Shown here one piece after another: positions 17,877 through 27,499 of a DNA stretch of 56,160 bases. The notes below the pieces were generated by a model, which was given only the letters and a program-made list of their open reading frames with translations, was not told where the DNA came from and ran no database searches. The position numbers and the translations under genes were made by a program. Every line of letters starts with the position of its first letter. Position 1 is the first letter of the stretch. Source of the DNA: a virus. Its lineage: Duplodnaviria; Caudoviricetes. The DNA is taken from the IMG/VR virus record IMGVR_UViG_3300047550_001246, positions 1-56,160 of that record; one strand, written 5' to 3'.

Positions 17877-19546
17877 GTATTTCTCTTGAGTTCACCCAGT
17901 ACCATCTTGAGCCGCTCCATTCTCCTGGACCCCTCGGTATAGACGGGATTGCTTGTCGTTTCTGGCATGAACCGAAACTCAACGATCTCCGTGTACTGAC
18001 CGTTCTTTTGGACCTTGATCTCAGCGGGCTTGAGCAAGCCATCGGCCTTAGCAATGGCATCGACCGTGGACTCTGGAATCAACCCCGGCTTGGACATCCG
18101 CTTGCGCCACCACTTTATAGCCTTGTCCTTGGGGTAACCCTTGTGATCGAAGCACACCCATTCCCGATAGGTTTGGAACCCGGAGCGATACTCAACCCGC
18201 ATGGAGTCCGGCTTGCCCGCCTTCTGATGCTTGCGGTAGAACACGGCATTCACCTTCTTCCACTCCGCCGGAGCATCGATGCTCATTACCGGCAGCGTCG
18301 TCGCAGTACGCTGGATCTCAGGCTCTTTGGGAGGCCAGATATATCCACAGTCGGGGCACTCTGAGAGGCCCGCAAAAACGATGCTATCGCACTCTGGGCA
18401 GGTCTTAGTCGGAGCCTCTCCGCCCTCCTCGCTCTTGCGGGGCTTCTTGGGATTGACGCGATCGACCGGCCCGTGGCGGGCGACGTTGCCTGCGAAGTCC
18501 AGCACCAAGCAGTCCTGCTTGCCAGGAGAGTTGCGCATTCCGCGACCCATGATCTGTATATACAAGCCGGTTGAGCAGGTAGGTCTGAGCACCGCAAGCA
18601 GATCTACAGCCGGAGCGTTGAATCCGGTGGTAAGTACACCCATGGATGCGATCGCTCGGAGTTTGCCTGCCTTGAAGTCCGCAATGATTTCATCGCGCTC
18701 CGCGCGCGGGGTGTCCCCAAAGATCGTGGCGCAATCGATGCCGTGCTTTTCAACGAGCGAGGCGATGTGTGTGGCGTGACTCACACCAGAGCAGAAGATC
18801 AACCACGACCGGCGGTCCTTGCCGTACTCCAGAATCTCTTTCACTACGGCTGCGTTGATATCGTCCTTGTTCACCGCTCGCTCAAGATCGCCGGAGATAA
18901 ACTCTCCGCCTCGAGTCGCAACCCCGCTCACGCTAAGTTGTGTCTTCGGCTGTTTGGATATCAGTTTGGTTAAGTATCCATCCCGCACCATATCCGCAAG
19001 CGGAGCGTCATAAGACACGCCATCAAAAAGCGAATCCTTACCGTCGTACAGCAAGCCAGAATCCAAGCGATATGGTGTAGCAGTTAACCCAATCACCCGC
19101 ATGTCGGGGTTCATCACCTTCAAGTTCTTGAGGAACTTTTGGTACATAGTGTTGGTCTTACGCGGAATGAGGTGTGCCTCATCGATCAATACGATGTCCA
19201 CCTTCACAAACTTCGATGCCTTCCCGTGCACCGATTGAATCCCGCAAAACACAATCGACGGATCGTAGTCGCGCTTGTTGAGTCCGGCTGAGTTGATCCC
19301 TGCCGGAGCCTCTGGCCAGAGCGATTTGAGTTCTTCGTAGTTCTGGCGAATCAATTCGCGAACGTGCGTCACGACCAAGATCTTGGTGTCCGACCACTGC
19401 GTCAGCACCTGACGGCAGAACTCTGCAATCACAATGCTCTTGCCAGTTCCGGTCGGAAGCACGATGACAGGATTGCCATCGTACTCGCGCAGGTAATTCA
19501 TCGTGGCGTCGATAGCTTCGGTTTGATACGGACGGAGTTCAATCAC
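17873..19546 (-). CDS. SF2 DNA helicase (RadD/YejH-like) with C-terminal zinc ribbon
   Basis: LRPYQ, PTGTGKS, DEAH, GLTATP, TTGFN, QIMGRGMR and CPEC...CPDC motifs. Confidence 0.92.
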   Translation of the reverse strand: MIELRPYQTEAIDATMNYLREYDGNPVIVLPTGTGKSIVIAEFCRQVLTQWSDTKILVVTHVRELIRQNYEELKSLWPEAPAGINSAGLNKRDYDPSIVFCGIQSVHGKASKFVKVDIVLIDEAHLIPRKTNTMYQKFLKNLKVMNPDMRVIGLTATPYRLDSGLLYDGKDSLFDGVSYDAPLADMVRDGYLTKLISKQPKTQLSVSGVATRGGEFISGDLERAVNKDDINAAVVKEILEYGKDRRSWLIFCSGVSHATHIASLVEKHGIDCATIFGDTPRAERDEIIADFKAGKLRAIASMGVLTTGFNAPAVDLLAVLRPTCSTGLYIQIMGRGMRNSPGKQDCLVLDFAGNVARHGPVDRVNPKKPRKSEEGGEAPTKTCPECDSIVFAGLSECPDCGYIWPPKEPEIQRTATTLPVMSIDAPAEWKKVNAVFYRKHQKAGKPDSMRVEYRSGFQTYREWVCFDHKGYPKDKAIKWWRKRMSKPGLIPESTVDAIAKADGLLKPAEIKVQKNGQYTEIVEFRFMPETTSNPVYTEGSRRMERLKMVLGELKRNT

Positions 19547-19761
19547 GAGTCGAGTTCCTTTTTCGGCATGATTTTCAAAATTATTTCCGCAACTTCTTTC
19601 ACACGTTCAAATTCAGATTGAGCTTGCGCCATGATTAAACTGTAGGCGTAGACATCCAATGCTTTCATAACAATGAACAGATCATCGCCCGTGATTAGCA
19701 TCGTGGCTTCGATGTCTTCCTCGTCAACGTCCTCTTCGTTCAAGCCGCTGTATCTGTCCAT
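19543..19761 (-). CDS. Hypothetical protein
   Basis: Coupled ORF in the replication operon. Confidence 0.55.
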   Translation of the reverse strand: MDRYSGLNEEDVDEEDIEATMLITGDDLFIVMKALDVYAYSLIMAQAQSEFERVKEVAEIILKIMPKKELDS

Positions 19762-20690
19762 ATTGATCCGTCCTTCATCAGATACTCAACCCAGTTAGGG
19801 CCAGAGTTTATCTGTTCTCCGGGGATCAAGTCTGGAACAAATAGGTGATGATCGCAGCCTCGCTTTTGAACCTCGATGTCAAGGTTCTTGTTGTGCCATT
19901 CGCACTTCCACTCTCCAGTCGGAAGCGGAGTGCTGTGCAAGCAAGTCCGGCATGACTTTTGCCGTGGCATGTCGGTGCCGTGGCACATGTTGTGAAAGTT
20001 GCAGTACTTGCATTCGTGCCACGCCGGATCGTTTGACAGTTTGCTCGGCGGTCTGTTTGCAAAGATGACGCGCTTGGCTTTCTCGAGATAAGTGTTCACT
20101 TCCTCTGCGTTGTACTCGGTGCACACGCTCGTCAGATCGCGAACGCCAGGAGAGGCTGCGGTCAAGTAATGCTTCTTTGTTCCAAAGAAGTGCATGTAGA
20201 TTTGGGCCTGCACATAGTAGATGTAGTCCCAGTTCTTGAGCGCAGTAGACTCATCCACCAAGCGCAGCTTCTGCAATTTCTTAAACTTGTTTTCGTTAAC
20301 GACCTTGCATTCCCAAACGTATAGCGTCTCGGGGTCTTGCAATAGCCCACGGATTAATCCGTCGCAGTTACCACGGAAGTGTCCTCCGATTGACTCGAAG
20401 GAGTGCTGAACACCGGGTTCCTTCTCCGTGGAAAGATCGATTCCGGGCACAGCCCGCAACAGCGCTGCAACTACCTGTTCGCCCCGGTGTCCATCATTGA
20501 TTCGTCGAAGCCCTCCGGCTTCAATAAAGCCGCGCTTCACCCATCTGAAGTTGTACCACAGCTTGCGTTCGCATGGATCACCGATGGCTGATGCACCAAG
20601 GTATCCGCGCGGATTGTTCTCTTGTAACGACTCCATCGCTGCGTCGATCGCGCGAAGAGTCAAGTCTTCTGTATCGGGTAATCTGACCAT
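19740..20690 (-). CDS. PD-(D/E)xK exonuclease (Cas4/lambda-exo-like, Cys-rich)
   Basis: YLGAS.IG..C, GNCDG, WECK and Q.Q.YM motifs, C-terminal CKYC/CRTC; likely start MVRLPD at 20690. Confidence 0.85.
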   Translation of the reverse strand: MVRLPDTEDLTLRAIDAAMESLQENNPRGYLGASAIGDPCERKLWYNFRWVKRGFIEAGGLRRINDGHRGEQVVAALLRAVPGIDLSTEKEPGVQHSFESIGGHFRGNCDGLIRGLLQDPETLYVWECKVVNENKFKKLQKLRLVDESTALKNWDYIYYVQAQIYMHFFGTKKHYLTAASPGVRDLTSVCTEYNAEEVNTYLEKAKRVIFANRPPSKLSNDPAWHECKYCNFHNMCHGTDMPRQKSCRTCLHSTPLPTGEWKCEWHNKNLDIEVQKRGCDHHLFVPDLIPGEQINSGPNWVEYLMKDGSIWTDTAA

Positions 20691-20769
20691 AAAGCCCTCA
20701 AAGAGGAGGCGCGACATCCAGCAAGTGGGGGATAGCAAATAAATGCTAGCCAGATGCCGCGCCCCTTTG

Positions 20770-21255
20770 TTACTTCTTATGACGCTCCCACGGCTTCGGC
20801 CCACCAGCCGATGCAGCAGGGGCTGCGGTCGCTGCCGGAGCGGCGGCTACCGGGGCTGCACCACTCGCGCTCGAGAACGCAGCGCGCGCTTCGAGCGTGC
20901 CCATCTTGTTCTCCTTGTGAGTGATGTTGACCTTGAGCGGCTTGAAGTGAAGTTGCTCAGTATCCTGCAACTCGCTGACCCCAACGGCTGCGCAGATATT
21001 GCCAAGCGCCTTCTTCGCGATCTTGACCGTGGTGTCGTTCTTGTTAAAGAGGTTAAGCCTCTCCCAGTAACGACGTCCCGTGAAGCGAGGACCAAGCACC
21101 TCGAACTCAAGCTCAAGATACTGACCGTCGCCCGCCTTCGTGTCGCGAAGTTCAGACTTCACGATCTGCATCGTGTAGTCACCGACAGGAAGAATCTCGC
21201 GCGGGCCAGAACCAAGATCGCCTGCCTCTGCGATGTTGAAATTAATTTTTGCCAT
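20770..21255 (-). CDS. Single-stranded DNA-binding protein (DUF669-like)
   Basis: LPVGDY, G.YLELEFEV, WERLNL and a C-terminal KPW tail. Confidence 0.8.
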   Translation of the reverse strand: MAKINFNIAEAGDLGSGPREILPVGDYTMQIVKSELRDTKAGDGQYLELEFEVLGPRFTGRRYWERLNLFNKNDTTVKIAKKALGNICAAVGVSELQDTEQLHFKPLKVNITHKENKMGTLEARAAFSSASGAAPVAAAPAATAAPAASAGGPKPWERHKK

Positions 21256-21260
21256 GTGAA

Positions 21261-22025
21261 TTAACCTCCAGTTACATTGTTCATAGCGGTGCCAAGCGCA
21301 TCCGCAAACTTGTTGTAGTCAAGCGGCAGGGTGTCGGGTAACGCCCAGCGAGACTTCGCCTGCCAGCCCGGACGCTCTTGTGTGTAGAGCACACGGTTAC
21401 CGCTGCCCACCGCGCGAGTAATCTTCTGATTGAATCCAACGTCACTCTTGACCGTCGAGTACTGCTGGTTTGCGAACATCAGAATGTCGCACCACTCCGC
21501 AATCAAACTCGCGCTGCCGTGATGCAGATCAAGTTGATAGCGATCGTATGGGTCAGCGAGCGGATCATCGAATCGCTTGACCTGTGAGTGAGCAAGCATG
21601 ATCACCTGCATGCCACGCTCGTTACGCAAGTAATCGAGCGCGTCTAGGATCTGTCGCCAGTAATCGGCTGCGGCTTTGTAACCACGACCGTACCCGATGG
21701 CATCGATCGTCGCGACGTTGTTATCGCTCGCGACTTTCTTGTGCACGAGTTGCTCCGCCCAGTCCGCGCTATCGACTACCACGGTTCCGAAGTCGTGCTC
21801 CTCGCTTGCTAATGAACCGATGCAATCCATGATGTCTTCAAACTTCTGACATCGCGGGAAGGCATCGACATTGATGGCATCCAAACCCTCTTCGGTCTGG
21901 ATGAACACCGGCTTCGGAGCCTGCGATGCGAACGTGCTCTTACCGATTCCGTGCACACCGTACAACACGATGCGCGGCGGTCGGGCGGTGCCGGTCTTTT
22001 TTAAACTGCTAAGTGATATAGCCAT
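21261..22025 (-). CDS. Sak4-like AAA_24 ATPase / ssDNA-annealing protein
   Basis: YGVHGIGKST Walker A, VVDS, GYGRGY, LAH and AKSR motifs; start MAISLS at 22025. Confidence 0.88.
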   Translation of the reverse strand: MAISLSSLKKTGTARPPRIVLYGVHGIGKSTFASQAPKPVFIQTEEGLDAINVDAFPRCQKFEDIMDCIGSLASEEHDFGTVVVDSADWAEQLVHKKVASDNNVATIDAIGYGRGYKAAADYWRQILDALDYLRNERGMQVIMLAHSQVKRFDDPLADPYDRYQLDLHHGSASLIAEWCDILMFANQQYSTVKSDVGFNQKITRAVGSGNRVLYTQERPGWQAKSRWALPDTLPLDYNKFADALGTAMNNVTGG

Positions 22026-22029
22026 TTCG

Positions 22030-22413
22030 TTAAACTCCTTGAACGATAGTGACTGAGGTTTTTGCTGGCTTGACGGTGAGCGCAGCCGATAGCAGTTTGT
22101 AGAACTGCGGCTCGTTGTTAGCGAGGTACTTGACTCCGGTGTCGTCAAGCTCTCGCTTCACCTTCACAGGGTGCAAAGTCTCCGGGATCTTCGATGCAAC
22201 CTTTGCATCAAAGACATCCCAGTCGATCTTGCGATTGAGCTTGCCGGTGATCGTGATCTTGTACACGCCGACATGATGCGTCTCTGCGCCTTCTTCTTTG
22301 GAGCCAAGCAGACTAATCAATTCTTCTTCGAGTGCTACGCGCTTATCGGTAGCCCTCTTCTCTTCTAACTTGGCTGCGAACAGGTCATCTGCGATTTCAG
22401 TTTCGGTTCTCAT
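22030..22413 (-). CDS. Hypothetical recombination-module protein
   Basis: Start MRTETE at 22413 with an AAGGA RBS; N-terminal coiled coil and a C-terminal LTVKPAKTSVTI. Confidence 0.65.
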   Translation of the reverse strand: MRTETEIADDLFAAKLEEKRATDKRVALEEELISLLGSKEEGAETHHVGVYKITITGKLNRKIDWDVFDAKVASKIPETLHPVKVKRELDDTGVKYLANNEPQFYKLLSAALTVKPAKTSVTIVQGV

Positions 22414-22453
22414 TTCTAGGTTCCTTGGTTTGTCGTAAATGCCGACGAAATGA

Positions 22454-22495
22454 ATCCTATACCCCCTTGTGACGGAATGCAAGGGGTGGCATGAT
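22454..22495. promoter_or_regulatory. Overlapping divergent sigma70-like promoters with an inverted repeat
   Basis: Rightward TTGTGA-17-CATGAT (22467-22495); leftward TTGCAT-17-TAGGAT (22482-22454); inverted repeat CCCCTTG/CAAGGGG. Confidence 0.6.
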
Positions 22496-22525
22496 GTCAC
22501 TATTCCCGGTATACGGAGACGCTGA

Positions 22526-22888
22526 ATGAACCGGCTTCTGGCATTTTTAAAAGACAATCGCTTGACTCATCAAGAGTTCGCTGCTATGTGCGGGGTCGAA
22601 CGGTCCACCGTTACCAAGTGGATCAAGGGCACCAGGAATCCCTCCCCGAAAGCAATGAAGATCATCGGTCGCAAGACCCGTGGCTCCGTTGCCGTTGCGG
22701 AAGATGACCCGTCCCTTCCGTACAGCAAGAGGCTTGAACTCGCACTGTATAGGAATGGGCTGACGGTGCTCGAGTCATCCAAGAAACTGCGCATGAGTCG
22801 CAACGCAATCTCTCGCTACGTAAAGGGTGAAACCGTACCCAGCGAGAAGGCTCGCGCTCGTCTTTACAAATTATTGGGGGTCCAATGA
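22526..22888 (+). CDS. Tandem XRE-family HTH transcription regulator
   Basis: Two HTH units: LTHQEFAAMCGVERSTVTKWIKG..NPS and LTVLESSKKLRMSRNAISRYVKG..VPS. Confidence 0.85.
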   Translation: MNRLLAFLKDNRLTHQEFAAMCGVERSTVTKWIKGTRNPSPKAMKIIGRKTRGSVAVAEDDPSLPYSKRLELALYRNGLTVLESSKKLRMSRNAISRYVKGETVPSEKARARLYKLLGVQ

Positions 22889-23262
22889 TTGACATGGTGA
22901 TCTATGGCAAGCCTGTCGCGAAAGCGCGACCGCGCTTCGGACGGAGCAAGTCGGGTAAGCCCGTGACGTATACATCTTCTGAGACACGCAAGTACGAGCA
23001 AGAAGTCAAGACCCTTGCTCAAGTTGCGATGTTCGGGAAGGAAATGTTAGAAGGTCCAGTACGGGTCACGATCACGGCATTCTTTAATCACAAAACGAAG
23101 ACCGGATACCACACATCACGACCCGATCTAGACAACGTCATCAAGGCAATCCTTGACGGATTGAACGGAGTCATCTTTGCGGACGATGCAGCCGTTGCTG
23201 AAATCGTCGCGTCAAAGAAGTACGGAGAAGAACGAGTAGAGGTTCAGATCGAAAATGTCTGA
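22885..23262 (+). CDS. rusA: RusA-like Holliday junction resolvase
   Basis: GKP..K.RPR and RPDLDNVIKAILDGLNG..F.DD motifs. Confidence 0.9.
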   Translation: MIDMVIYGKPVAKARPRFGRSKSGKPVTYTSSETRKYEQEVKTLAQVAMFGKEMLEGPVRVTITAFFNHKTKTGYHTSRPDLDNVIKAILDGLNGVIFADDAAVAEIVASKKYGEERVEVQIENV

Positions 23263-25492
23263 CAACTTCATGCAGCAGTTTGGCGCGAAGCTCAAAGACG
23301 GTGGCTATCGCGTCATCCCCATCATGCCGGGAACCAAACGTCCGGGTAGATGGGATGGTAAACAATGGGGTGAGCTCGCGCGATGGAACGAAATCGACGC
23401 GCAGCAAACTCATATCGACATCTGGTCCGGCTGGCCCGGATGCGGCATCGGCATTCTCACCGGAGAAGTCGTTGCGATCGACATCGATATCCTTGAGCCA
23501 GAGATTGCCGTCGAGATTGGTAGCGTTTTCAAAACGCATCTTGGTGAAGCGGATCTTGTTCGGATCGGTAAAGCACCGAAGGCACTCTACCTTTACAGAA
23601 CGAACGAGCCGTTCAACAAGATCTCGATGCACCCCATCGAGGTGCTCGGACTCGGTCAGCAGTTCGTATCCTATGCGATACACCCGGAAACCTGCGAACC
23701 GTATCGCTGGCCTTTCGGTGCACCGCACGAGGTTCCCGTCAGCGCGCTACCGCTCGTAACCAAAGAGCAAGTGCTGCGCGCGTGTGAGGCTGCGTACCAG
23801 ATACTGCCGCCCAATCTTCGCAAGAAGGTACTGCGCACCACGGTCCCAGATAAAGAAGCAAAGGTTTCAAACGACGGCCTCGTAGGTACGCTCGCTGCCG
23901 TTGAAGATGCTCTGCGCTACGTTCCGAATCCAGACCTCACATGGGATGACTGGAACCGTATCGGCATGGCGATTTACTGCGCGACCGAAGCAAAGGGTTA
24001 CACAGTCTTCGACCAATGGTCGCAAGCTTCCGGCAAGTACAATCAACTCGAGACGCGGCAGAGGTGGGATCACTACAGCAAGTCGCCACCCACCAAGATT
24101 GGTGCGGGAACGCTCTACTTTCTTGCGCAGCAGAACGGTTGGGTTCCGCCTCCGCACATTGATCTCAATCCCATCAAGCCCGTAAAGATTGATCTGACCG
24201 GACTCGACAAGATGGTGAAGAAGACTGTGCGCAGTACGCGCGAGAACTTCCCAAGCGAATGGTTCGACAGCCCATCTCTTGTCGGTCGCGTTACCCGTTG
24301 GATCAACGCTACCGCACAACAACCGCAGCCCACCTTCGCACTAATGAACACGCTCTGCATGTTCGGTGCAATCTTCGGGCGGCGGTATGCGATGGCTCAC
24401 CTCAACACCCGGTGCAACCTGTTCGCGATCGCAGTCGCAAAGCCTGGCGCGGGTAAGGACCACAGTCGGCAGCGCATCAAGGAACTGATGACCGCATCCG
24501 GTCTGTCTCAACTTATCTGCGGCGATCGCTTTAGTTCCGGTGTTGCAATCCTTCGCACCCTTCACGACTACCCGTCACGCATCTCGCATCTCGATGAGAT
24601 GGGGCTGTACTTGCAGAGCTTGACCGCACGTAACGCAGCCTCTCATCAGCGCGACATTATCAAGACCCTGCTCGAGGTGTACTCCTCCAGCAGCGGCGTG
24701 TATCACGGTCAAGAGTATGCGGACTCGCGCGATCGTCAGCGTCTCGATATCAACCAACCCAACTTCAACTTCTTCGGAACCACGACTCCACGCACTCTGA
24801 TCCCCGCGCTCAATCACGACATGGTGGATAACGGAACCATGAGTCGTATCCTGCTTGTGCCTCCGTTCGATGATTACCCTGTTCCGCAGATACCAGAACA
24901 ACTGAGCGCGCCTGATGACATCGTGGAAGATATCCAGAACTCCGCGCAGATCATCCCCTCCGGTGTCGGTAACATGGCGAACGTGCAGTCGATCCCGAAT
25001 GCAGCGGTCGTGCCCATCATCGTGGAGTGGGAAGACTCAGCCTTCGCGGAGTACAGCAAAGTACGCGAGTGGCAGTTAAACCAAGCGCGCAACGATGACG
25101 CACTCTGGGTTCGCTTCACCGAAATCACCGTCAAGATCGCCATGATCGAAGCCATCGCTCGCGATCCCGTCGCTCCCATCTTGACGTTTGAAATCTTCAA
25201 GATGGCAAATGATCTTGCTCGCTGGTCGTTCAACTACACCTCTGACCTCATCGTCAAAGAGATCGCAGAGAACGAGATCGAAGCTTCGCACAAGAAGATT
25301 CTCAACATCATCCGCAAGTCTGGCGATGAAGGCATGAGCACCACCCAGATCGCAAAGGTCTGCCAAGGTATGAAGGCTCGCGACCGTAACGAAATCTTGC
25401 AGACCCTCGTCGAGTCCGGTGATCTCATGGAAGAGATAGTGAAAGGATCTATCGGTCGCGACCGTCGCGTCTACCGCGCAAGGGTCAGATAA
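23255..25492 (+). CDS. Bifunctional primase-polymerase / PriCT-2 / DUF3987-type helicase fusion
   Basis: GIGILTG...IDID Prim-Pol motif, W..IGMA...FDQWS PriCT-2 motif, PGAGKD P-loop, LDEMG and a C-terminal winged helix. Confidence 0.88.
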   Translation: MSDNFMQQFGAKLKDGGYRVIPIMPGTKRPGRWDGKQWGELARWNEIDAQQTHIDIWSGWPGCGIGILTGEVVAIDIDILEPEIAVEIGSVFKTHLGEADLVRIGKAPKALYLYRTNEPFNKISMHPIEVLGLGQQFVSYAIHPETCEPYRWPFGAPHEVPVSALPLVTKEQVLRACEAAYQILPPNLRKKVLRTTVPDKEAKVSNDGLVGTLAAVEDALRYVPNPDLTWDDWNRIGMAIYCATEAKGYTVFDQWSQASGKYNQLETRQRWDHYSKSPPTKIGAGTLYFLAQQNGWVPPPHIDLNPIKPVKIDLTGLDKMVKKTVRSTRENFPSEWFDSPSLVGRVTRWINATAQQPQPTFALMNTLCMFGAIFGRRYAMAHLNTRCNLFAIAVAKPGAGKDHSRQRIKELMTASGLSQLICGDRFSSGVAILRTLHDYPSRISHLDEMGLYLQSLTARNAASHQRDIIKTLLEVYSSSSGVYHGQEYADSRDRQRLDINQPNFNFFGTTTPRTLIPALNHDMVDNGTMSRILLVPPFDDYPVPQIPEQLSAPDDIVEDIQNSAQIIPSGVGNMANVQSIPNAAVVPIIVEWEDSAFAEYSKVREWQLNQARNDDALWVRFTEITVKIAMIEAIARDPVAPILTFEIFKMANDLARWSFNYTSDLIVKEIAENEIEASHKKILNIIRKSGDEGMSTTQIAKVCQGMKARDRNEILQTLVESGDLMEEIVKGSIGRDRRVYRARVR

Positions 25493-25517
25493 AAAAGCCC
25501 CGGCGCAAGGCCGGGGC
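25491..25517 (-). terminator. Intrinsic terminator of the leftward early operon
   Basis: GCCCCGGC-CTTGC-GCCGGGGC followed by T6 on the minus strand. Confidence 0.85.
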
Positions 25518-25558
25518 AAGTCCTAACAGGAGAAAAACGAGATAGCACAGGCCAGAGG

Positions 25559-25774
25559 TTATCCCCTTGGGTCTTGCTTTGCAAGCCAAGAGACATACCA
25601 CAGGGTCTTTCTAGCATCCTGTTCCACGGCATCCTTGTGCCCAAGCCGCCAGAGGTACGCCACTGACGTACCCTTTAGAAATCCACGCCACTCATCCTCG
25701 GTCAGCATCGATCGAATGGCATCGATGCATTCAATCTCACCCTTCTTGTAGTGGCTTGGGTTTACTGGATCCAT
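25559..25774 (-). CDS. DUF3310 / SaV-like protein
   Basis: MDPVNPSHY...IECIDAI...F.KG...YLWR...K...QD..K..WY. Confidence 0.85.
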   Translation of the reverse strand: MDPVNPSHYKKGEIECIDAIRSMLTEDEWRGFLKGTSVAYLWRLGHKDAVEQDARKTLWYVSWLAKQDPRG

Positions 25775-25937
25775 CTGCGGCTTCCTTCTTTTTTCGCTTT
25801 CGTCGAACATGGCTGAGTTTGGCCATGCGTTGGTAGTGCGCCTTAGATCGTCGTTTCTTATCCCCTGTAGCAGCGCTTCCACCTCTGCTTCCGATAGCAG
25901 CGAGGTACTTTCTGATGGCATCATTATCTCCTTCCAT
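25737..25937 (-). CDS. Small basic hypothetical protein
   Basis: YLAAIGSRGG..TG..KRR motif; overlaps its neighbours. Confidence 0.5.
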   Translation of the reverse strand: MEGDNDAIRKYLAAIGSRGGSAATGDKKRRSKAHYQRMAKLSHVRRKRKKKEAADGSSKPKPLQEG

Positions 25938-26130
25938 TTCTAAGTAACTCCAACTCAGCTTTCAAAGTAACAATCTCTTGCTCGAGTACCGCAGCCTCGT
26001 TCCACATGCCATGCGAACGAACTTCAGCCAGAGCAAACTGAACCTTCTTGTCCTGCGACTGACCGTAACCCCACGGCGCAGCCTTCATCTCATTCTTCCA
26101 CGCCCCCGGAGGGCTTTGATTGTCGATCAT
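25924..26130 (-). CDS. Hypothetical protein
   Basis: ORF with an upstream GGAG RBS inside the operon. Confidence 0.55.
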   Translation of the reverse strand: MIDNQSPPGAWKNEMKAAPWGYGQSQDKKVQFALAEVRSHGMWNEAAVLEQEIVTLKAELELLRNGRR

Positions 26131-27499
26131 TGATCATTACTCCCACTTCTTGCGTGACCTTTTCAACCACGCTATCCCACGGAGCGATCATGTTTTTCCT
26201 TGGAAAAATCCTTACGCTCGGGTACCAGGCACTACGATCGCCCCTTACGTTGCCCCAGTACCAAAGCTTGTTTGCATCCATCAACAACACCGGAACACCT
26301 AACGCACCTGCTAGGTGCACCGTCGAACTACTAATGGCTACGATCACATCACACAATTTGCAAAGCGCAGCCAAGCCTTCAAAGTCATTACTTAGATTTA
26401 CCGAAGAGGTCTGGATGTTTACTCCATTCTTCTGATTAAAATAATCAACTGCCTTCTTGTCGCTGCCGTATTGCAGGTTGATTAGATTCACATCTAACTG
26501 CATGACAGATAACAACCGCTCGAGATCAATACTCTTGTGTGGCCCGATCTTCGGGGCTGCACTAACCCACGACAGACCTACCGTCAGTTTGTTCAGATCA
26601 AGGTCAAGTTCCTTGCGGTACTTCTCCACCAGCTCCGGGTCAGCCTTCAAATACTTCCGGGCAGCGTAGTACTCAATGTCATCCAAGCTCTTGATAAACG
26701 ATCTGCCAATGCTTGCAAACGGAATCTGCGAGGTATGCAAATCAGATTTAACTTGATCAATGCTCGACATGAAGTTCACATCCGGCATCGAGCGACTGAA
26801 TAGCGAGATCAGTCTCGGGTCAACCATCGCCGTCACATAATCTGCTCGCTTGCGAATCGACGGGATCAACGATCCGTAAATAATCATGTCACCGATGCCC
26901 TGCTCGCCCCACACAAGCACGGACTTGTGCTCGCTATCGAGCGACCATTGCGGCTTCTGCGTTACAAGACGACGGCTCTTGAATCGATTGCTGTTCCATC
27001 TCTTTTCATACAAAGGCCAGCCCGTCTCGAAGTCGTTTAATTGCAGAGCAAGCAATCCCAAAATCCAATTTGAATTCGCATCGTCTGGTGAAAGTTCGTT
27101 GGCCTTCAAGAAGTCTTGCTTCGCCAGATCCCACCGTCGCATCTCCCAATTCGCAGCCCCTCGCTGCACATAAGCCAGCGTGTAGTCGGGCTTCATCTGC
27201 GTGACTTTAGTAAAGTCTTCGATGGCCTCGTCGTACTTTTGCTGCTCTGATTTGACAACACCACGATTGACGATGTCTTCAAACGTCAGCGCGCCACGAC
27301 GCTCAGCGGCATCATAATACTGCTCCGCTTCTGCAAATTTTCGCTCAATCTGAAGCAACCGCGCCTTGGCACGATACGCAACAATGTCTTTTGGATTAAG
27401 CGAGATCGCATAGTTGCAAAGGTCCATGGCTTCAGCGTATTTGCCCGCCTGAAACTTAGCTTCGATTTGCTGAATTGCACGTTGATGTTTGGTAATCAT
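26090..27499 (-). CDS. TPR-repeat protein fused to a GT-B (GT9/heptosyltransferase-like) domain
   Basis: N-terminal TPRs; GW..YE.RW, EQGIGD.I, VGLSW, NLQYG and D..V.ISSSTVHLAGALG.P motifs. Confidence 0.85.
   Translation of the reverse strand: MITKHQRAIQQIEAKFQAGKYAEAMDLCNYAISLNPKDIVAYRAKARLLQIERKFAEAEQYYDAAERRGALTFEDIVNRGVVKSEQQKYDEAIEDFTKVTQMKPDYTLAYVQRGAANWEMRRWDLAKQDFLKANELSPDDANSNWILGLLALQLNDFETGWPLYEKRWNSNRFKSRRLVTQKPQWSLDSEHKSVLVWGEQGIGDMIIYGSLIPSIRKRADYVTAMVDPRLISLFSRSMPDVNFMSSIDQVKSDLHTSQIPFASIGRSFIKSLDDIEYYAARKYLKADPELVEKYRKELDLDLNKLTVGLSWVSAAPKIGPHKSIDLERLLSVMQLDVNLINLQYGSDKKAVDYFNQKNGVNIQTSSVNLSNDFEGLAALCKLCDVIVAISSSTVHLAGALGVPVLLMDANKLWYWGNVRGDRSAWYPSVRIFPRKNMIAPWDSVVEKVTQEVGVMINDRQSKPSGGVEE

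Noticed and set aside
19740-20690. Cas4-like nuclease as evidence of CRISPR-Cas
   Set aside because: It lies in a standard Sak4-SSB-exonuclease-helicase recombination module with no array or other cas genes.
22526-22888. CI repressor indicating a prophage
   Set aside because: It has no peptidase domain, and there is no integrase, partition gene or host flank in the window.
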